DNA from: Octopus sinensis | Taxonomy: Eukaryota | NCBI RefSeq assembly: GCF_006345805.1 | Contig: NW_021828353.1 | Location: forward strand, 1 to 8,699 | DNA length: 8,699 bases | Direction of reading: 5' to 3' | In this document: piece by piece, positions 7,778 to 8,699 of the stretch | How positions within the stretch are numbered: the stretch's first letter is position 1 | Layout of the letters: each line of letters begins with the position of its first letter | Translations under genes and position numbers: made by a program | The notes under the pieces: generated by a model | Seen by the model: the letters and a program-made list of their open reading frames with translations, nothing else | Databases searched by the model: none | Told to the model about the DNA's origin: nothing

Positions 7778-7868
7778 ATGTGTGTGCGTGTGGTGTGTGT
7801 GTGCGTGTGTGTGAGTGTGTTTGTGTGTGTGTGTATGTGTGTGTGTGTGTGTGTGCGTGAGTGTGTAT
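7778..7868. repeat. (TG)n microsatellite
   Basis: Direct inspection. Confidence 0.95.
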
Positions 7869-8011
7869 GTCATTATTCAGTTTCATTTCAAGGTTTCTTA
7901 CCAATGCAGGAAGAACCGGTTTCTAACCTAGATCCAAGGCTCTTTCATTGGAATCTCATCAACAGGGCATTTTTGCATGTATTTGTGAATATCTGCAATT
8001 TTAGGAGTCAC

Positions 8012-8039
8012 TCGAAATCAGATATAGATAGAATTATCA

Positions 8040-8070
<31 letters not shown>

Positions 8071-8699
8071 CTAACATTATATCAGACCTTAAATCTAGAT
8101 TCAAGCTATATCTATGAACAAATACAGTCGATGTGATTTATAGGTGTCGGAATGTTCAAAGCAAAAGTAAATGTAAATTTATCGATGTAGATATAGATAG
8201 CAATTATTCTGATATTACTCTTATCCTACTAAATAAATCTCTGATATTCGCTCAAATCTATCTAGAACGGAGGTTGAGATTATTCTTACTGCTAGGCGGA
8301 CAGTGAATGACCTCGATGGTAAGAATTGAACTAAGAAGAACAAAATTAATAATTTCGGTATGACAACGAGGTCCAATGATTCGGCACAGATAACTGATTT
8401 GGTTGGTATTTACTATGTATAACTCAAAACAGGATTTCCCATAAATATGGATGGTCTATATAGAATTTCCTATACAATATGAATGGTTTATATAGGGATG
8501 ACGCACGTCTTTTCGCCAGTTATAGTAATGTGGGTATAGAAACAACAAGGAAAGCGCTTGCAAACAAAATTTTAAACATTGGTCTATTACAACTAAAAGT
8601 AGTCATGAGATAACAAATTTCCTAGATGTAACGCTTTAATAAGATACTGGACATTTTTTCATCCGTATTATAAATCGGGTGAACCCTGCGCGTTACGTT
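8012..8699 (+). mobile_element. Decayed Penelope-like retroelement reverse transcriptase, continuing past the window end
   Basis: Colinear PLE RT motifs across frameshifts: SKSDIDRII (8012); NIISDLKSRFKLYL*TNTVDV...KCKFIDVDIDSNYSDIT...LLNKSLIFA (8073-8252); EVEIILTARR...N*TKK...FGMTTRSNDSAQITDLVGIY (8270-8413); GLYRDDA (8485-8505); TNFLDVTL (8613-8636); HPYYK near the end. It carries multiple stops and frameshifts. Confidence 0.9.

Noticed and set aside
7866-7985. Segment resembling a recalled octopus interspersed repeat
   Set aside because: Recognition is from memory only, with no internal evidence such as a TSD, second copy or motif.
35-8074. ORF-track proteins in general (VCVC, YIYI, HTHT, LSLS-rich)
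   Set aside because: They are translations of microsatellites or SINEs, many from GTG/TTG starts, with no recognisable domains.

Overview
Repeat-dominated eukaryotic intronic or intergenic DNA, very likely octopus. That assignment is inferred from recalled octopus SINE families and the dense TA/CA/TG/TATG microsatellites; no search was run. No host protein-coding gene can be supported, and the ORF-track entries are microsatellite, minisatellite or SINE translations. The window holds four minus-strand tRNA-headed SINEs built from exchangeable modules and one headless plus-strand SINE body. It also holds a 29-bp minisatellite directly inside a hAT-Charlie-like terminus, a ~119-bp imperfect hairpin and a perfect 40-bp palindrome. 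The last 1.5 kb is a Penelope-like element (PLE) cluster: a decayed reverse transcriptase with a GLYRDD motif running off the window end, a possible GIY-YIG relic, and a 156-bp insertion with an exact 11-bp target-site duplication. That insertion carries a degenerate minimal hammerhead ribozyme and is the best lead, as a possible retrozyme-like or solo-pLTR element. I see no evidence of a wholly new system; the leads are variants of known mobile-element biology.
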